A DNA stretch of 64,000 nt, taken from Nitrosopumilaceae archaeon. GTDB lineage: Archaea; Thermoproteota; Nitrososphaeria; Nitrososphaerales; Nitrosopumilaceae. A model generated the notes under the pieces. The model did no database searches. It saw only the letters and a list, made by a program, of their open reading frames with translations, and had not been told where the DNA came from. Positions 10,575 through 22,582 of this stretch are shown piece after piece. A program made the position numbers and the translations under genes. The DNA is taken from assembly GCA_965209085.1 (NCBI GenBank), contig OZ242376.1:1184001-1248000 (forward strand), read 5' to 3'. Numbering within the stretch: the stretch's first letter is position 1; each line of letters opens with the position of its first letter.

Positions 10575-13500
10575 TTAACCCCTTTTTAAGACGTTCAGGC
10601 TTGTTCCTCTTTCTGCGATATTGCCAGAAAAGTCCTGTATGTTTGAGTGGGGGGTGATCTGAACTATTGCAGTAGTGAACGGGCTTACAGATATTAACAC
10701 AGTATTTGAGCCGATCTTTGTAACGTCCAGGATATATGCTCCTGATATTGCATAGTTTATCGCATTACCAGATTGCTCAGTTATCGGTTCGCTAAACGTG
10801 AGGATTATTTCAGTTGTGGTTGTTGAAACGGCAGATACTAGTACAGGAGGTGCCAAATCCTGCGTACTAGTGCGAGCTAGATTTACACTATATCCATTAA
10901 CGTTAAGAATATCGCCGGATTGTTCTATAAATAGGGTTGCGCCGGTTCCAAATGGAGCTGTCATTGTGAGTGTAACTGTAGTGTCGCCATTTGAGAGTGC
11001 AATCGAATCGATGGTTGCATCCACGATCAAACCATATGATACTGTATAATCAGAAATGTCCAATGTTGCAGGATTTATGGTCATATTATACTGTATGACT
11101 ATTGTCCTATCGGTGGAAATGTACGGACCCATAGAGTGAGTATTGTTTGTCAAAATAGAGCTAGCTGTAAAGCTGTTTCCGCTTGTATCTTCGATATTGG
11201 GGCTAGTTCCTATAAAACTAATGTTCAATACTGCATCAGGAAACGACGTTAGGAATGAGGATATGCTCAGGGTGTTTCCAGAGATGCTACTAGAGATGAG
11301 GTTTGTAGATCCGTCGATATCAAGTAATTGGAGAGGTGCTGTTCCGGGTATAAATTGAACATTCTCGTCAAAATATACCTCTATTAGATTAGAGGATACT
11401 ACAGTGGCGCTTTTCATCGACGGTTTTATTCCATCAGATGCGGTAATGGTTGTAAATGATAGACTGTTTCCTGCAAGATCTGTAAGCTCGCCAAAGTTTG
11501 AAGAGATGTCAAATTGGATCTCTGGCTGAGAATTTGATTCAAACGGGGTTGAAGGAGCAATTGTAATTTCAAGTATACTCTTTGGTATTGCAGACCCGTC
11601 TTTTACGTTAAATGATGTCAGGGAATATCCCGTAATTTCCAGAGCCGTGTCTATATTCGCAGTAATTGCAATGGATTCATCAAATGCGACAGAAACCAGA
11701 TACGGGGTGAGGGTTGTAGACGAGATTATGGTAGGCGGTGCCGTATCTATAAGAATATTATTCTGCAGATCGTTTTCGGTTGCAATCATGCTAGATCCCT
11801 GATCTTGTATCAGGATGGTAAAGGTGGCGTTGCCGTTATCGCCTGCGTTTACTCGTTGAGTTACATACAGGGTTTGATTATACACTGTAATGTTGGCCTG
11901 CCTGCCAAGTACGGTTGCAGATATGGATGCGTTTGTAATGCTCATATTTGATTCCAGACTGATTACAAGCGTATCACCGGTCTTTGCATATGCTGGATTT
12001 GGATTTGTGGTGTTTATTGCAACATTGTAAATTTCAAGCGGCAGGGATACGATTACAGTTCTTGTGGCGTTTTCTGCCTTGTTACCTGCCGGATCCGGTG
12101 GTGCTGAATATACGACTGTATATGTCCCCTCAGATGTGCCAACCTGTGTGACATTTGATGTGATAGAGCCGGAATATTTTGGATCGTTGTCCTGAACAGT
12201 TACGTTTGTATCAGTGTATGAGTTTCCCGGATGCACTAGTATGATATCTGAGCCGTCCAGGTCTATTACAGGCGGCGTATTGTCTATGAATATGTTTGAT
12301 GAATTCAGATTGGATTCAGTTACAGCCAATGCATTCATCAGCGAATCATACGCGGTTATGGCAAATGTGGCATTATCTGAATCATCATACTCCACGGTAA
12401 TGTTTGCGTATATGGTGTTGTTTTGTATCCAATATGTGGCATTTCTGCCAAGAATGTAAACTGTTGCATCAGATATTGGTTCATCTGTTTGAAGGGTAAT
12501 GTTTAGCACATCGCCTGCCTTTGCTCTTGATGCATCAGAATTATTACTTTGTATTGCAAGGTTTGATTTTACAGGCATTGCAGTGTCAACTAGGACGTTC
12601 AAAGAGTCCAGCATTGTCTCATTAGAGGTGAAACTGTTGTTAAAATTATCATATGCTGTGATGGAAAATGTGACGTTACCGTTTGCATCACCTTGCGTGA
12701 TTATAGTGTATGCGTATATTGTGTCATTTTGTATGTCAGTTTCTGCCACTCTTCCCATAATGACAGCTGTAACATTAGATATTGATTTGGTTGCAGTTAG
12801 GGTAATGTTCAAGGTATCGCCGGCTCTGCCATACATTGGATTAGCATTGCTGCTCTTTATGCTTGCAGATATCTGAGATGGAATAGTATACAATACTGTT
12901 ACGGTGCGTGTTATTGTAGGACCTGGATTTCCTGCCGGATCATCTGGCGCCTTGTATGTTAATATGTAGATTCCAGTAGCCATATCCACAGTTTCAGGCG
13001 AGTGCACTGTAAGATTTCCTCCGTATGATGCATCCGTTGCCACAGCTCCTGGATCCTCATATGTCTGGCCCAGCTCCAATATGGTATTGTTTTCACCTAA
13101 AAGTGATATTATGGGGTTTATCGTATCTACGATTAGATTGCTGCTTGTGATATTTTCCTGCGTCACTCGTACCTTGTTACCGCTGGAATTTGTCACGGTA
13201 ATCTCAAATGTGACATTGCCGTTTGTATCGTTTGTTTGGATTGTTTTTTCTAAAAGTGCCATTAAGGAGATTCTTTGGAATGTATAGTTACTGCTACCTA
13301 GTACGTGCCCTGTTGCATTTGCCGGAGCACTGTCCGTAGAAATTATAACCCTCAAGGTTTCTCCTGCACGGATATGACCGTTATTGCTGCCTGATATGGT
13401 CAAATTAGTCACTGTAAGTGGGGGTGGATCTTGTACTGTAACAGTCCGAGTCGTACTGTATCCTGTATTTCCTGCCGCATCAGCATGTGCTGTATATGTA

Positions 13501-16500
13501 TACAAAACAACAGAGCTGACAATACTAGTATCCAGTGTTGCGTTTGTAGTTATATTGTAATTGTTGGCAGCGTATCCTGGGCTGCCATCGCTTGCAATAG
13601 CTTCTGGAATGAACGGGTTTGTGCTGTTTGTTCGTACAGTATAGTTTGCAAGTCCTGATAGGGATATTGTCGGGGGTATGGTATCTATGAATATGTTGCC
13701 GTTTTGTATCAGATCGTTTTGCGTGATCGTCTGTGAGACATTATTGGTGTTTATGGCGGTGATTGTAAATTCCGCATATTGTTCAATCAGATCGTCAGGT
13801 ATTATGATTGCAGAAACTAGTATGGTATCGTTTACAATGTTTGAGGTAATGTTTCCAGTTGAATTTAGAATCTGAACATTATATGAATTGATAACATATG
13901 TCACCTCCAACGTTGCCGTAATCTTATCCCCTGCCTTTGCGTGTGATGCGTTGTTTGTGTTGCTGCTTGCAAGGGATATGCCTAACAATGTTTCCTGTAT
14001 GGTCACCATTCTGGTCGCGTTTTCAGGTATGTTACCTGCAGCATCGTTTGTCGCCTGGTAGGATATGGTGTACGTTCCGAGAATACTGGTGTCAAGATTT
14101 GTGGCATTTGATGAGATTGTACCATTGTATGCTGGATCGTTGTCTGTAACGTTTGCACCCAAATCCGTGTACAATGTACCCAGATCTATAGTGACGCTGG
14201 CGTTTCCAAGTAATCTCAGACTTGGAGCTATGTTATCAACTAGGACGTTTGTAGAGTCTAGATCAGATTCGGTCACTGTAAGATTATTGCCCGAAGGATC
14301 TGATACAGTTAGTGAGAATGTGACATTGCCGGTATCGTCGTTTTGAATCTGTATTGTTGCAAAAGTTGTGGCGCCGGATGTATTGATGGTTGCATTTTTG
14401 CCCAATATTACAGCATGTGCGTCCGGAGTGTCCATGTTTGCTGTGAGTGTTACAGTTATTGTATCTCCGGTTCTTGCACGATCAGAATTGGTGTTGGTGC
14501 TCGATATTGCCAGGTTTAGTTTTGATGGTGCGATGGTGTCAATGACCGTTACGGTACGTGTAATGTTTGCAGGTATGTTTCCTGCCCCGTCAGCTGGCGC
14601 AGAATATACTATTAGGTATGAGCCGATCGTATTTGTATCCACGCTGCTTGCATTGGATGATACGATACCGTTGTATGACGGATCATTGTCGGATAATAAT
14701 GCTCCTGGGTCTACATATTCTTGTCCTATCTCCATATGAACAATTGGCATGCCAATTAGGGTCAGATTGGGCGCGATTGTATCAACGTAGACGTTTGTAT
14801 CTGTCAGATCGTGTTCTGATATTTTGAGTCTAGAGAGTATGTCTATTAGTGAAATCGCAAATGTGAGATTACCGTTTGTATGATTTTCATGTATGGTAAA
14901 AGTTGCAGTCAATGTGTTGTTGTTTATGATCGGCAGGATGGTTTTATTCAAAACGGTCATTTCTGCACCGTGTATGAGTCTGTTTGTTTGCAGTTCAAGT
15001 GTAACGTCATCTCCAGTTTTGGCATATGAGTGATTTTGCCCGTTGGATGTGGCACTAAACAAAGTTATCGCATACGGGACTGGATCAAATACTGTTACGG
15101 TTCGTGTTTTATTTTCAGGTATATTTCCTGCCTGATCTGCATCAGCTGAACATTGTATGGTTTGATTTCCCAGTTTGGAGGTATCAATCAGTGTGTGATT
15201 TGAGGTTACATTACGGGCATAGGATGGATTGTTTGCATCAGATACTGAACATCCCAGATCAAAGTAAAAGCTGTTATGCGCTTGAGTTACGGGGTTGTCT
15301 CCCATTATGTCGATGATTGGTTTTACCGTGTCCACTATGATATTGGCGGATGTTAAGTTGTCATGAGTTGCAAGCAATATTTTATTTCCTGGTACATTTG
15401 CCATGATTGTAAATGATACAGGACCGTTTGTATCCTCAGCCATTACAGTCTGTACTGCACTTATTGAATCATTTTGTATTAGAATTATGGCGTTGCGATC
15501 CAACATTATAGCCGTAACGTTTGATATTGATTCTGTAATGTTCAAAGTTACGGTAATGATGTCACCTGCTTTTGCATAAAGATTGTTAGTATTGGAGCTT
15601 GATATGTATGGGATTGGTGGCACGTACGATGTTTTTATATCCCCATAGATGCGTATGTCGTTTAGATATACGTATTTGGCAGGATGGTTGTTTATTACCG
15701 TAAAACGCATTTTAAAATTTTCATCAGAGGTGTAATTGTCCAGATTAAAGGTTGTGGTGTCCCACAATACGCTTTGAGACAAGTGCTCTTTAGAATAAAA
15801 TGCCAGTTGATTCCAAGTACCATTATCACCAATAGCCTCTATTTTGAGACCTTCATTTAAGCCAATTCCAGTAAATCTATATGAAAATGTGACATTTACC
15901 CTCTCATAAGGAGTCATGTTTAGTCCATTCTTTAGCGTAATCACACATTCCGTTACGGATAAAACATGACAATTGTTTGCACCAAAAACGTCTTGGCTGA
16001 AAAAATCAGCATCAAAGGTGTTGACCACATTCCAAGGCGTTTTGGTAAGATTCCAATTATCAAATGTACTTGCATCATCACTGAAAATCGTCAAATTTGT
16101 GGTTTTTGAAATTCCCATTATATTTGCATCATTTATACGGATAATTTCATTGGATTTACTACTAATGGCAGTCATGCGGACATTAAAGTTATCGCTATCA
16201 GTATAACTGTCCAAATTTATGTTCATCTCGTGCCATGTATTCGATGGTGTTTGCTGATCATCCAAAAATGCAACAGTTGACCAAGAATTTGGCACATTTG
16301 ATACATCTACTCGGAGACCTTCGTTTTGATACGCATCTATATCATCGGATATGTAATACCAAAAATTCAGGCTAGCGTTATCATACATTGTCAAATCTAT
16401 ATTCTGCATGGTAACTAGGTCGCATTCATCATCACAATCACTTGCCTGCAATACCTGTTCTGATACGCCATATTGGTTTATGGCTTGCGTTTGTACCCAA

Positions 16501-19172
16501 AGTGAATTAAGATAATCCCAAAACAGCTCTAAAATACTACCATCATTATTATCATCATTACCACTATTACCACTATTACCACTATTACCACTATTACCAC
16601 TATTACCACTATTACCACCATCATCATGATACAAATAGATTAAATCTTGGGCTCTATTCCCTTGTGCATCTTCTGCTATTACAGTGACCGTATTGCTAGA
16701 ACGTGGTAATGATATTGTGGTAGACCAGATGTGCAAATTATTTGTCAGATTGGAATTGAGCACATCATTAACAAAAATCGTTATAGAAGTGACATTAATA
16801 TTATCCGATGATATTCCATTAATGTCAATGTTTCTACTTTGGAATGTAGATCTATTTGAAGGATAGGTGATTTCAATTTGGGGATTGGTTTTGTCCACAT
16901 AATATCGGATGTTATTATGATGAAAGTTTAATCCTAGTGAGGGATATCCCAAATCGTTCCAATTTTTTTCAAAGTCAAAGATTGTTGTTGAATTATCATG
17001 ATTAAATGCGCGCCATAACTGGGATTCAGTAGAAAGAGTGTCGTTGATTTCATTGACATCATCATATATGTCCCATAAAGAGGCTGCCACCCATGATTCA
17101 TATTTGCTGCCATTAGTGTTAAATCGATCAGAAAAAGGATATTCTGCAGTAGTACTAGTATTGAAAGTTGCATGTTCAAAATCAACTGGATCAACGCCCA
17201 AATCAGTATTCAATATTGGATTATCTCTCATCCATATTGCAAAAAACCAAGCCCAACCTTCAAGCCATGCACATTCAGAATGTGAACTTCTAATAATATT
17301 ATGACCTGATCCATGACATGATGGTATTTCTGAATTTAAATTTATATAAACTTGATCTTGAATATGATGGCCGTATTCATGTGGGAGTACAGAAGTAATG
17401 GAAAAATTCAGCACATATGGAATATAGATTGCATCATTTACATAGTACGGACCCTCCGTTGGATCTAATATTATGTTAACGATAGGTGCATCATACGACA
17501 CCTTTGAGTATAATAAATCATGCATGGATGTCACATCAGCATACATTTGATGTGTAATTGGATAATTTATCGGATATTGGTTTACGATACCTACATTAAT
17601 TATTCTATCTTGTATGTCATAACGTATATTTGCAACTGATTCATAAAATTTTATAGATTCGTTATCGTGCGTAATTTCAACTGCATCATTTACTAATAAT
17701 GCGCCAATTAGTAAATCCATGTATCCTCCACTAGGATTTGGATCCTCATTTGTTCCTATTAATCTAAAGTAGCCATCAGAATTTGATCGAGTACAAACAT
17801 CACTGTAGCCACTTTTTAATATAGTTTTATCAGCATTATTGTGTATATTAACATCGAATGCACATATGAGATAATCATCTGCTGGAACATGATTTAGATC
17901 CTCATTTATGGTATTATAATACCCATGTACAAAAAATTGAAGCGGAGCAGCTGCTGTCACCTTGGGTAAAAAAAAATCATTAAATATTATATTTTGTGTT
18001 GAAAATTCCGGATATGCGTTAAAAAAATCATCTACAAAATCTTCTGAAAGATTTTCATCCATCAGCCAATTTTTAGTAATTTGAATACCTTCATTTTTTT
18101 CCACTGATCTTAGAAATTCGGCAAGGCCTTCCCAACCTGGTTGAGGCACATATCCGGGTTCTTTAACTACATTTGGCGGCGGAGTAAATTGTTGGACAGG
18201 TTGAGGTTTTGGTATGTAATCAGGCAGACCACTTGGCAATGTTTCAAATTCCCGATCGCCACTAAACCATTTTTGTGTTGTATGATTAAAGGACAATCCG
18301 AAATATTGTGTGGAATCGTGATAACCAGATCTGGTAAATCCCGGGTCTGAACGTGATATAGCATTTACTCCATGTTCAGTAGGGGTCAGTTGTAAATTCA
18401 ATCCAGTATTATGCACCCATACATTAAAACCACTATCTGTATGCACTAGTGGTCTTGTTAATTGAAACTTTATGGAACCGTGGACAGTCTCATTAGTAAA
18501 AAATATGGGCTCCCCATGATAAACTACTTTCAGATATTTTATACGAGGACTTGCGTCGATTGCTTTAGGTTTGAATGAATCAGTAAGCATGATAAATTCA
18601 GAGTGTAATATAATCTTAGGAACAACCATCACATCGTTTCCATGTATATCGAGATATCGAATATCTCCATTTTCATCAATACGATGAGGTCTACCATCAG
18701 GTACAAGATATCGAGGAGTGCCATCCTCACTAAGCCAATCCACGGTATAATTTATTATAGATGTTTCATTAATTTTGATATCTCGTGAAACTTCTAATGA
18801 AACAATTGGACTCACAAGAGTTACATAAGATTGATGTGATCCGCTAGTGATGGTAATTTTTCCATCATTGGCATTTGTTTCTCTAGTTGTATTTACGGCA
18901 GGATATTTTATCTCAGTATGTTGCGTATTGGTTAATACTGACCATCCGAGTTTTTGAGCGGTTTTTTCTGATACGCATGCAATTTTATCCATTCCTCGAT
19001 CAACGAGTAAAAGATCGTCTCTGCATACTATATTATGCAGCATCGTTCCACTATCAAGCTGTTTTTTTGGACTTTGAACATAATCTGAGGGTTGCGCGTA
19101 TGTGGTAGAGATTGTGACAGTTGATGATATTATAATTAATGTGAAAATGAATAAAATTTGATGGTTTGACAT
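10575..19172 (-). CDS. Giant secreted/surface protein: zinc-metalloprotease (HEYGH) domain plus alternating Ig-like/DUF5011-like repeats
   Basis: Signal peptide; thaumarchaeal SPKKQ..G...C domain; LPHEYGH...WLEGWA; repeated AKxGDxITVTL and DTxxPxIxLxG...D.AGN...RTVTV units. Confidence 0.85.
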   Translation of the reverse strand: MSNHQILFIFTLIIISSTVTISTTYAQPSDYVQSPKKQLDSGTMLHNIVCRDDLLLVDRGMDKIACVSEKTAQKLGWSVLTNTQHTEIKYPAVNTTRETNANDGKITITSGSHQSYVTLVSPIVSLEVSRDIKINETSIINYTVDWLSEDGTPRYLVPDGRPHRIDENGDIRYLDIHGNDVMVVPKIILHSEFIMLTDSFKPKAIDASPRIKYLKVVYHGEPIFFTNETVHGSIKFQLTRPLVHTDSGFNVWVHNTGLNLQLTPTEHGVNAISRSDPGFTRSGYHDSTQYFGLSFNHTTQKWFSGDREFETLPSGLPDYIPKPQPVQQFTPPPNVVKEPGYVPQPGWEGLAEFLRSVEKNEGIQITKNWLMDENLSEDFVDDFFNAYPEFSTQNIIFNDFFLPKVTAAAPLQFFVHGYYNTINEDLNHVPADDYLICAFDVNIHNNADKTILKSGYSDVCTRSNSDGYFRLIGTNEDPNPSGGYMDLLIGALLVNDAVEITHDNESIKFYESVANIRYDIQDRIINVGIVNQYPINYPITHQMYADVTSMHDLLYSKVSYDAPIVNIILDPTEGPYYVNDAIYIPYVLNFSITSVLPHEYGHHIQDQVYINLNSEIPSCHGSGHNIIRSSHSECAWLEGWAWFFAIWMRDNPILNTDLGVDPVDFEHATFNTSTTAEYPFSDRFNTNGSKYESWVAASLWDIYDDVNEINDTLSTESQLWRAFNHDNSTTIFDFEKNWNDLGYPSLGLNFHHNNIRYYVDKTNPQIEITYPSNRSTFQSRNIDINGISSDNINVTSITIFVNDVLNSNLTNNLHIWSTTISLPRSSNTVTVIAEDAQGNRAQDLIYLYHDDGGNSGNSGNSGNSGNSGNSGNDDNNDGSILELFWDYLNSLWVQTQAINQYGVSEQVLQASDCDDECDLVTMQNIDLTMYDNASLNFWYYISDDIDAYQNEGLRVDVSNVPNSWSTVAFLDDQQTPSNTWHEMNINLDSYTDSDNFNVRMTAISSKSNEIIRINDANIMGISKTTNLTIFSDDASTFDNWNLTKTPWNVVNTFDADFFSQDVFGANNCHVLSVTECVITLKNGLNMTPYERVNVTFSYRFTGIGLNEGLKIEAIGDNGTWNQLAFYSKEHLSQSVLWDTTTFNLDNYTSDENFKMRFTVINNHPAKYVYLNDIRIYGDIKTSYVPPIPYISSSNTNNLYAKAGDIITVTLNITESISNVTAIMLDRNAIILIQNDSISAVQTVMAEDTNGPVSFTIMANVPGNKILLATHDNLTSANIIVDTVKPIIDIMGDNPVTQAHNSFYFDLGCSVSDANNPSYARNVTSNHTLIDTSKLGNQTIQCSADADQAGNIPENKTRTVTVFDPVPYAITLFSATSNGQNHSYAKTGDDVTLELQTNRLIHGAEMTVLNKTILPIINNNTLTATFTIHENHTNGNLTFAISLIDILSRLKISEHDLTDTNVYVDTIAPNLTLIGMPIVHMEIGQEYVDPGALLSDNDPSYNGIVSSNASSVDTNTIGSYLIVYSAPADGAGNIPANITRTVTVIDTIAPSKLNLAISSTNTNSDRARTGDTITVTLTANMDTPDAHAVILGKNATINTSGATTFATIQIQNDDTGNVTFSLTVSDPSGNNLTVTESDLDSTNVLVDNIAPSLRLLGNASVTIDLGTLYTDLGANVTDNDPAYNGTISSNATNLDTSILGTYTISYQATNDAAGNIPENATRMVTIQETLLGISLASSNTNNASHAKAGDKITATLEVTYVINSYNVQILNSTGNITSNIVNDTILVSAIIIPDDLIEQYAEFTITAINTNNVSQTITQNDLIQNGNIFIDTIPPTISLSGLANYTVRTNSTNPFIPEAIASDGSPGYAANNYNITTNATLDTSIVSSVVLYTYTAHADAAGNTGYSTTRTVTVQDPPPLTVTNLTISGSNNGHIRAGETLRVIISTDSAPANATGHVLGSSNYTFQRISLMALLEKTIQTNDTNGNVTFEITVTNSSGNKVRVTQENITSSNLIVDTINPIISLLGENNTILELGQTYEDPGAVATDASYGGNLTVHSPETVDMATGIYILTYKAPDDPAGNPGPTITRTVTVLYTIPSQISASIKSSNANPMYGRAGDTLNITLTATKSISNVTAVIMGRVAETDIQNDTIYAYTIITQGDANGNVTFSITAYDNFNNSFTSNETMLDSLNVLVDTAMPVKSNLAIQSNNSDASRAKAGDVLNITLQTDEPISDATVYILGRNATYWIQNNTIYANITVEYDDSDNATFAITAYDSLMNALAVTESNLNSSNIFIDNTPPVIDLDGSDIILVHPGNSYTDTNVTVQDNDPKYSGSITSNVTQVGTSEGTYTVVYSAPPDPAGNKAENATRTVIVSLPLEIYNVAINTTNPNPAYAKTGDTLVISLESNMSITNASISATVLGRQANITVYNQTLYVTQRVNAGDNGNATFTILIQDQGSSMIATENDLQNNILIDTAPPTIISSTTLTPYLVSVAFDESIAITANIDTALEITGYSLTSFNVKDGSAIPKSILEITIAPSTPFESNSQPEIQFDISSNFGELTDLAGNSLSFTTITASDGIKPSMKSATVVSSNLIEVYFDENVQFIPGTAPLQLLDIDGSTNLISSSISGNTLSISSFLTSFPDAVLNISFIGTSPNIEDTSGNSFTASSILTNNTHSMGPYISTDRTIVIQYNMTINPATLDISDYTVSYGLIVDATIDSIALSNGDTTVTLTMTAPFGTGATLFIEQSGDILNVNGYSVNLARTSTQDLAPPVLVSAVSTTTTEIILTFSEPITEQSGNAINYAISGAYILDVTKIGSNTVLISVSPFTTAIVQITPHSNIQDFSGNIAERGTSLNVLKRG
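16557..16617. repeat. 9-bp tandem repeat (ATTACCACT x6) encoding a (GNS)n linker
   Basis: Perfect in-frame repeats inside the giant gene. Confidence 0.95.
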
Positions 19173-19215
19173 AATTCTATATATGTTTCATAGTATTAAT
19201 ATGTATCAGTTGTTT

Positions 19216-20652
19216 TAGGTCATGTCACAACTATTGAAAATTCTATTGGAAATTCCATCAAAAATGACAGTAAATCTTCCAAAAACACACACCTGTCATC
19301 GATATCCGGACCCATTTGTTATCAAACCGTAATTTTACACAAAAATCTTCCAAAATTCACACATCTGCATACAGCGTCCGCTAGGCTTATTGCAGTTTGT
19401 GTCAGTGTACGGCACATATTAACAAATTGTACACTAGGATTTTCATGCCAATTTCTTGCTTTATGTTTTTCATGTCTTGATCGTACATGTTCTCCAAACC
19501 TTTCTTTGAATATTGCAAAAACAATTTCAGAGTGCCATCTTTTTCCATACTCTATATCTTTTTTCCATTTTTTCAGATTTTCCTTTCGTTTTTGTATTGA
19601 AACATCATTCATTGTACGCTTGCTTGCATCTCCTCCAAGCTGATCTTGCACCGCCGTATTGCGTTCATGACTGCCGCCTGACAGTGCTGAATTGATACGC
19701 ACCTTTAACAGACCAGACATGCAAAGTTTGTCACACACGTTGTAATTTTCTTTTGTACCGTATGCCCCATCGCCAAGAATTTTCATCATTGTGTTTTTGT
19801 ATTTGGCAGTCTCTTCAGTTGAATCCATCTCAGATATCATGTGCGCGAGCTGCCATCTGATCTTTTTGCGTGCCTTTCTTATCATCTGTGGAAACTGTGA
19901 TGCATCACTCTTGTTGCTTTTTGTTATCTTAAAATCGAGTATTTCAAGCGTTTCTACGTTTATGACAAGATGCAGTTTTAGAAACGGACTTGATATGCCC
20001 CATTTTTCTTTTATCCATGATCCAAGTTTTGATAGTTTCAGTCCGCTTGAATCAATAGAGATGAGCATCGTAGGCTGTCCGTTCATGCGCCTTGTCGGAT
20101 CAAGTGTTTTTAAAGACAGACCACACATGCGGGCCATCTTTTCCAATCCGTTATCAGAAATGTCCAATCTCTGTATGCGTTTGTATATCGTACTGCTAGA
20201 TGGAGATGCATCATCCATTACTTTTCTAACCATCCCTTCAATAGTGCAGCTTGAGTAACTTGTGCACGCTTGGATTACCGATAATACCCAAAAAAGCTTG
20301 TCCGGATACATGTAACGTCTGCCGTTCTTACATTTGTTCATGCATTTGAGTTCTTTTTTGTATTCTTTTGGGACTGCAAACTGGCTCAGATGGCCAAACA
20401 GCATGGATGCAGCACGGCTTTTCAGGTTTTTCTCGGCAATTCTTTTTTTATCCGCCTCTTTGGTTTCTGCATTCGATATTTTTATTACACAGTGCTTTCT
20501 ACTCATAGTGGATCATCTCCGTGGGTGTTTCTCATAATTCGTCCACTTTGTGGGATGATCTAAATCTATGGAATCAAAATTGTCGCCAACTTGGATATTT
20601 TAATATCGTTTTAGTCAAAATGTCAGAATTAGGCAGGTTGTGATATGACCTA
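19216..20652 (-). mobile_element. IS5-family (IS903-like) element; transposase 19322..20506
   Basis: IDSSGLK, FLKLHL, GDGAY and YGKRWHSEIVF motifs. IRs TAGGTCATGTCACAAC / GTTGTGATATGACCTA. 8-bp TSD AGTTGTTT. Confidence 0.9.
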
Positions 20653-20659
20653 AGTTGTT

Positions 20660-20868
20660 TACTCGGGTAATTTTTAGATCTTTTTGCTGGGTTCGAATCT
20701 GCTGTTAAATTAGGTATTTTTTCTGTCAAGTATGGCAGGTACAAAAAACTGATATTTTACGCCCGTATGACGACTGAATATAATATTCTCCACATTCATA
20801 ATTAAACAAAAACATCCCTAAATTAACAACAAGTAAATCACAAAAAAGACCTAAGAATTACCAGAGTA
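20660..20868. mobile_element. MITE-like non-coding element (~210 bp)
   Basis: 26-bp terminal IRs, 23/26 match (TACTCGGGTAATTTTTAGATCTTTTT / AAAAAGACCTAAGAATTACCAGAGTA); no ORF in the track. Confidence 0.65.
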
Positions 20869-20875
20869 GATTGCT

Positions 20876-21605
20876 CAGAGCAGACCCACGTATGGAACAC
20901 GAAGAATGAGCCACCATGTCCCGTATTACGGGCAAGCCTGTAAACTGCAAAAAAGTGAAGAAAATATACCATTATCTGGGCTGGAACGTGCCTGCAAAAC
21001 CCAAAAAAGAGATCATTCGCTCAAGAAAGCGCCCAAAACCTGCAGGACCGGATCAGCTCTGGCAAGCTGACATGACGTACATTTGGTGCGGTCAGGACAG
21101 ATGGTGTTATCTGTTTAACGTCCTTGATGCATTCACACGCGAATGGGTCAGATATGCGTTTGAGTCAAGAGCTATTACCGATGGTGCAATTGCAGCATTA
21201 ACTGAAGCTTTGGCATCCAAGAAACCGGATTGCTCAAAGCTTGTTTTAAGAACCGACAACGGCTCCCAGTATATTTTAGCGCAATTTGGCAAGGCTGTAA
21301 AAGCATACGGTGTGAGGCAGGAATTCATCCACTACCATACGCCAGAGCAAAATGCTCATGTGGAATCCTTCCACAAGAGTCTCAAGAAAGAGTATATCTG
21401 GCCGCGCGACTTTGAGACATTCCAGGATGCAGAGGCTACAATATCATACGCCTTTGAGGATTACAATCAGAACTGGGTACACTACAATATGATGTGTGAT
21501 GCCATTAGAATTTGGCACCGCACGGAGGGCAATGATAAAAATGAGCCATCTAATCCTATCATTTTTAATGCAAAAATCGTTCTCATTGTACAGGGGTCCG
21601 CACCA
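20876..21605 (+). mobile_element. IS3-family 5'-truncated copy (orfB 20916..21620)
   Basis: Near-identical to 1850..2580, with the same right end TTGTACAGGGGTCCGCACCA. Confidence 0.88.
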
Positions 21606-22559
21606 ATAGCATGTGCATAATGCAAATACGCGATTGCGGCATACAAGAAACTACAGATCTCGTATTTCGAACATACCAGTTTGTGCATAAATGGCACGAT
21701 CGATACGAAAAATACGGACTCAAGGGCCTGGAGGAAGTATCCAGATGCGGACAACCGCCAAAAATTCCGCCAGATGCCATGATGCAAATAGAAGAAAAAG
21801 TTTACAAAAATCAAAACTACTACGCTTCCAAAACAGGTCCGCGATTACATTAAAACTGTAACAGGAATCGTATATCACATTACGCACGTATGCAGGCTGA
21901 TGCGTGAATGGAAGCTAAAATCAAGTGCCGCAAAAAATGCACACCAACGCCGCATCATATGATGAATGTCATGCATGGTATAGGCGCATAATGTGCATTA
22001 TTACGCACGAAATGGCACGTGGGACAAAGATCTTTGTCCATGATGAGACCATAGTGAGCAGTGATTGTAAACTGACCAAAAAATACTGGTGTAATGGAGA
22101 TGAGCGCCCCATCTACATGGAAAGGAGATCACAGAAAATTCATAGCATACAGAATGGTTTCAGTTTCAGGAGAGCGGTTCTTTAGATCGTATGACAAGCT
22201 TGATGGTCTGACGTTTTTAAGATACATCAAAGATGTAATAGCAAAATACGATAGAATACTGATAATCGCAGGCAGAGCCGCCAGCATAGAACGATAAAGC
22301 TTGAAGAATACATCAAAGAGAACAGAAATAAGATCAGAATAGAATATCTCCCAAAAGCGTCGCCTCAACACAACATCATGGAGACGATCTGACTTGTCGC
22401 CAAGCATAATGTAGATCATTCAGAATATTATCCTCAACCTGAGGGGAAGAGAATTGGATTTATGGAATATCTGCGGACAAAAAAACTGTCAAATAATGTC
22501 GTTGATTATTTTAAACTAAAGATAGTGAATTTTTAAACGAATTTATGATCTCGGATATA
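21606..22559 (+). pseudogene. IS630-family transposase pseudogene, 5'-truncated
   Basis: Frameshifted paralog of 24068..25075; right IR TTTTAAACGAATTTATGATCTCGGATATA. Confidence 0.85.
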
Positions 22560-22582
22560 GAAGTTAATCTGGAGATGAATGA

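Noticed and set aside
16557-16617. CRISPR-like or phase-variation repeat
   Set aside because: A 9-bp in-frame repeat without spacers; it encodes a GNS linker and cannot shift the frame.
10798-19108. Numerous plus-strand ORFs within the giant gene, and other antisense ORFs such as 58102..58977
   Set aside because: Shadow frames of well-supported genes, with no motifs of their own.
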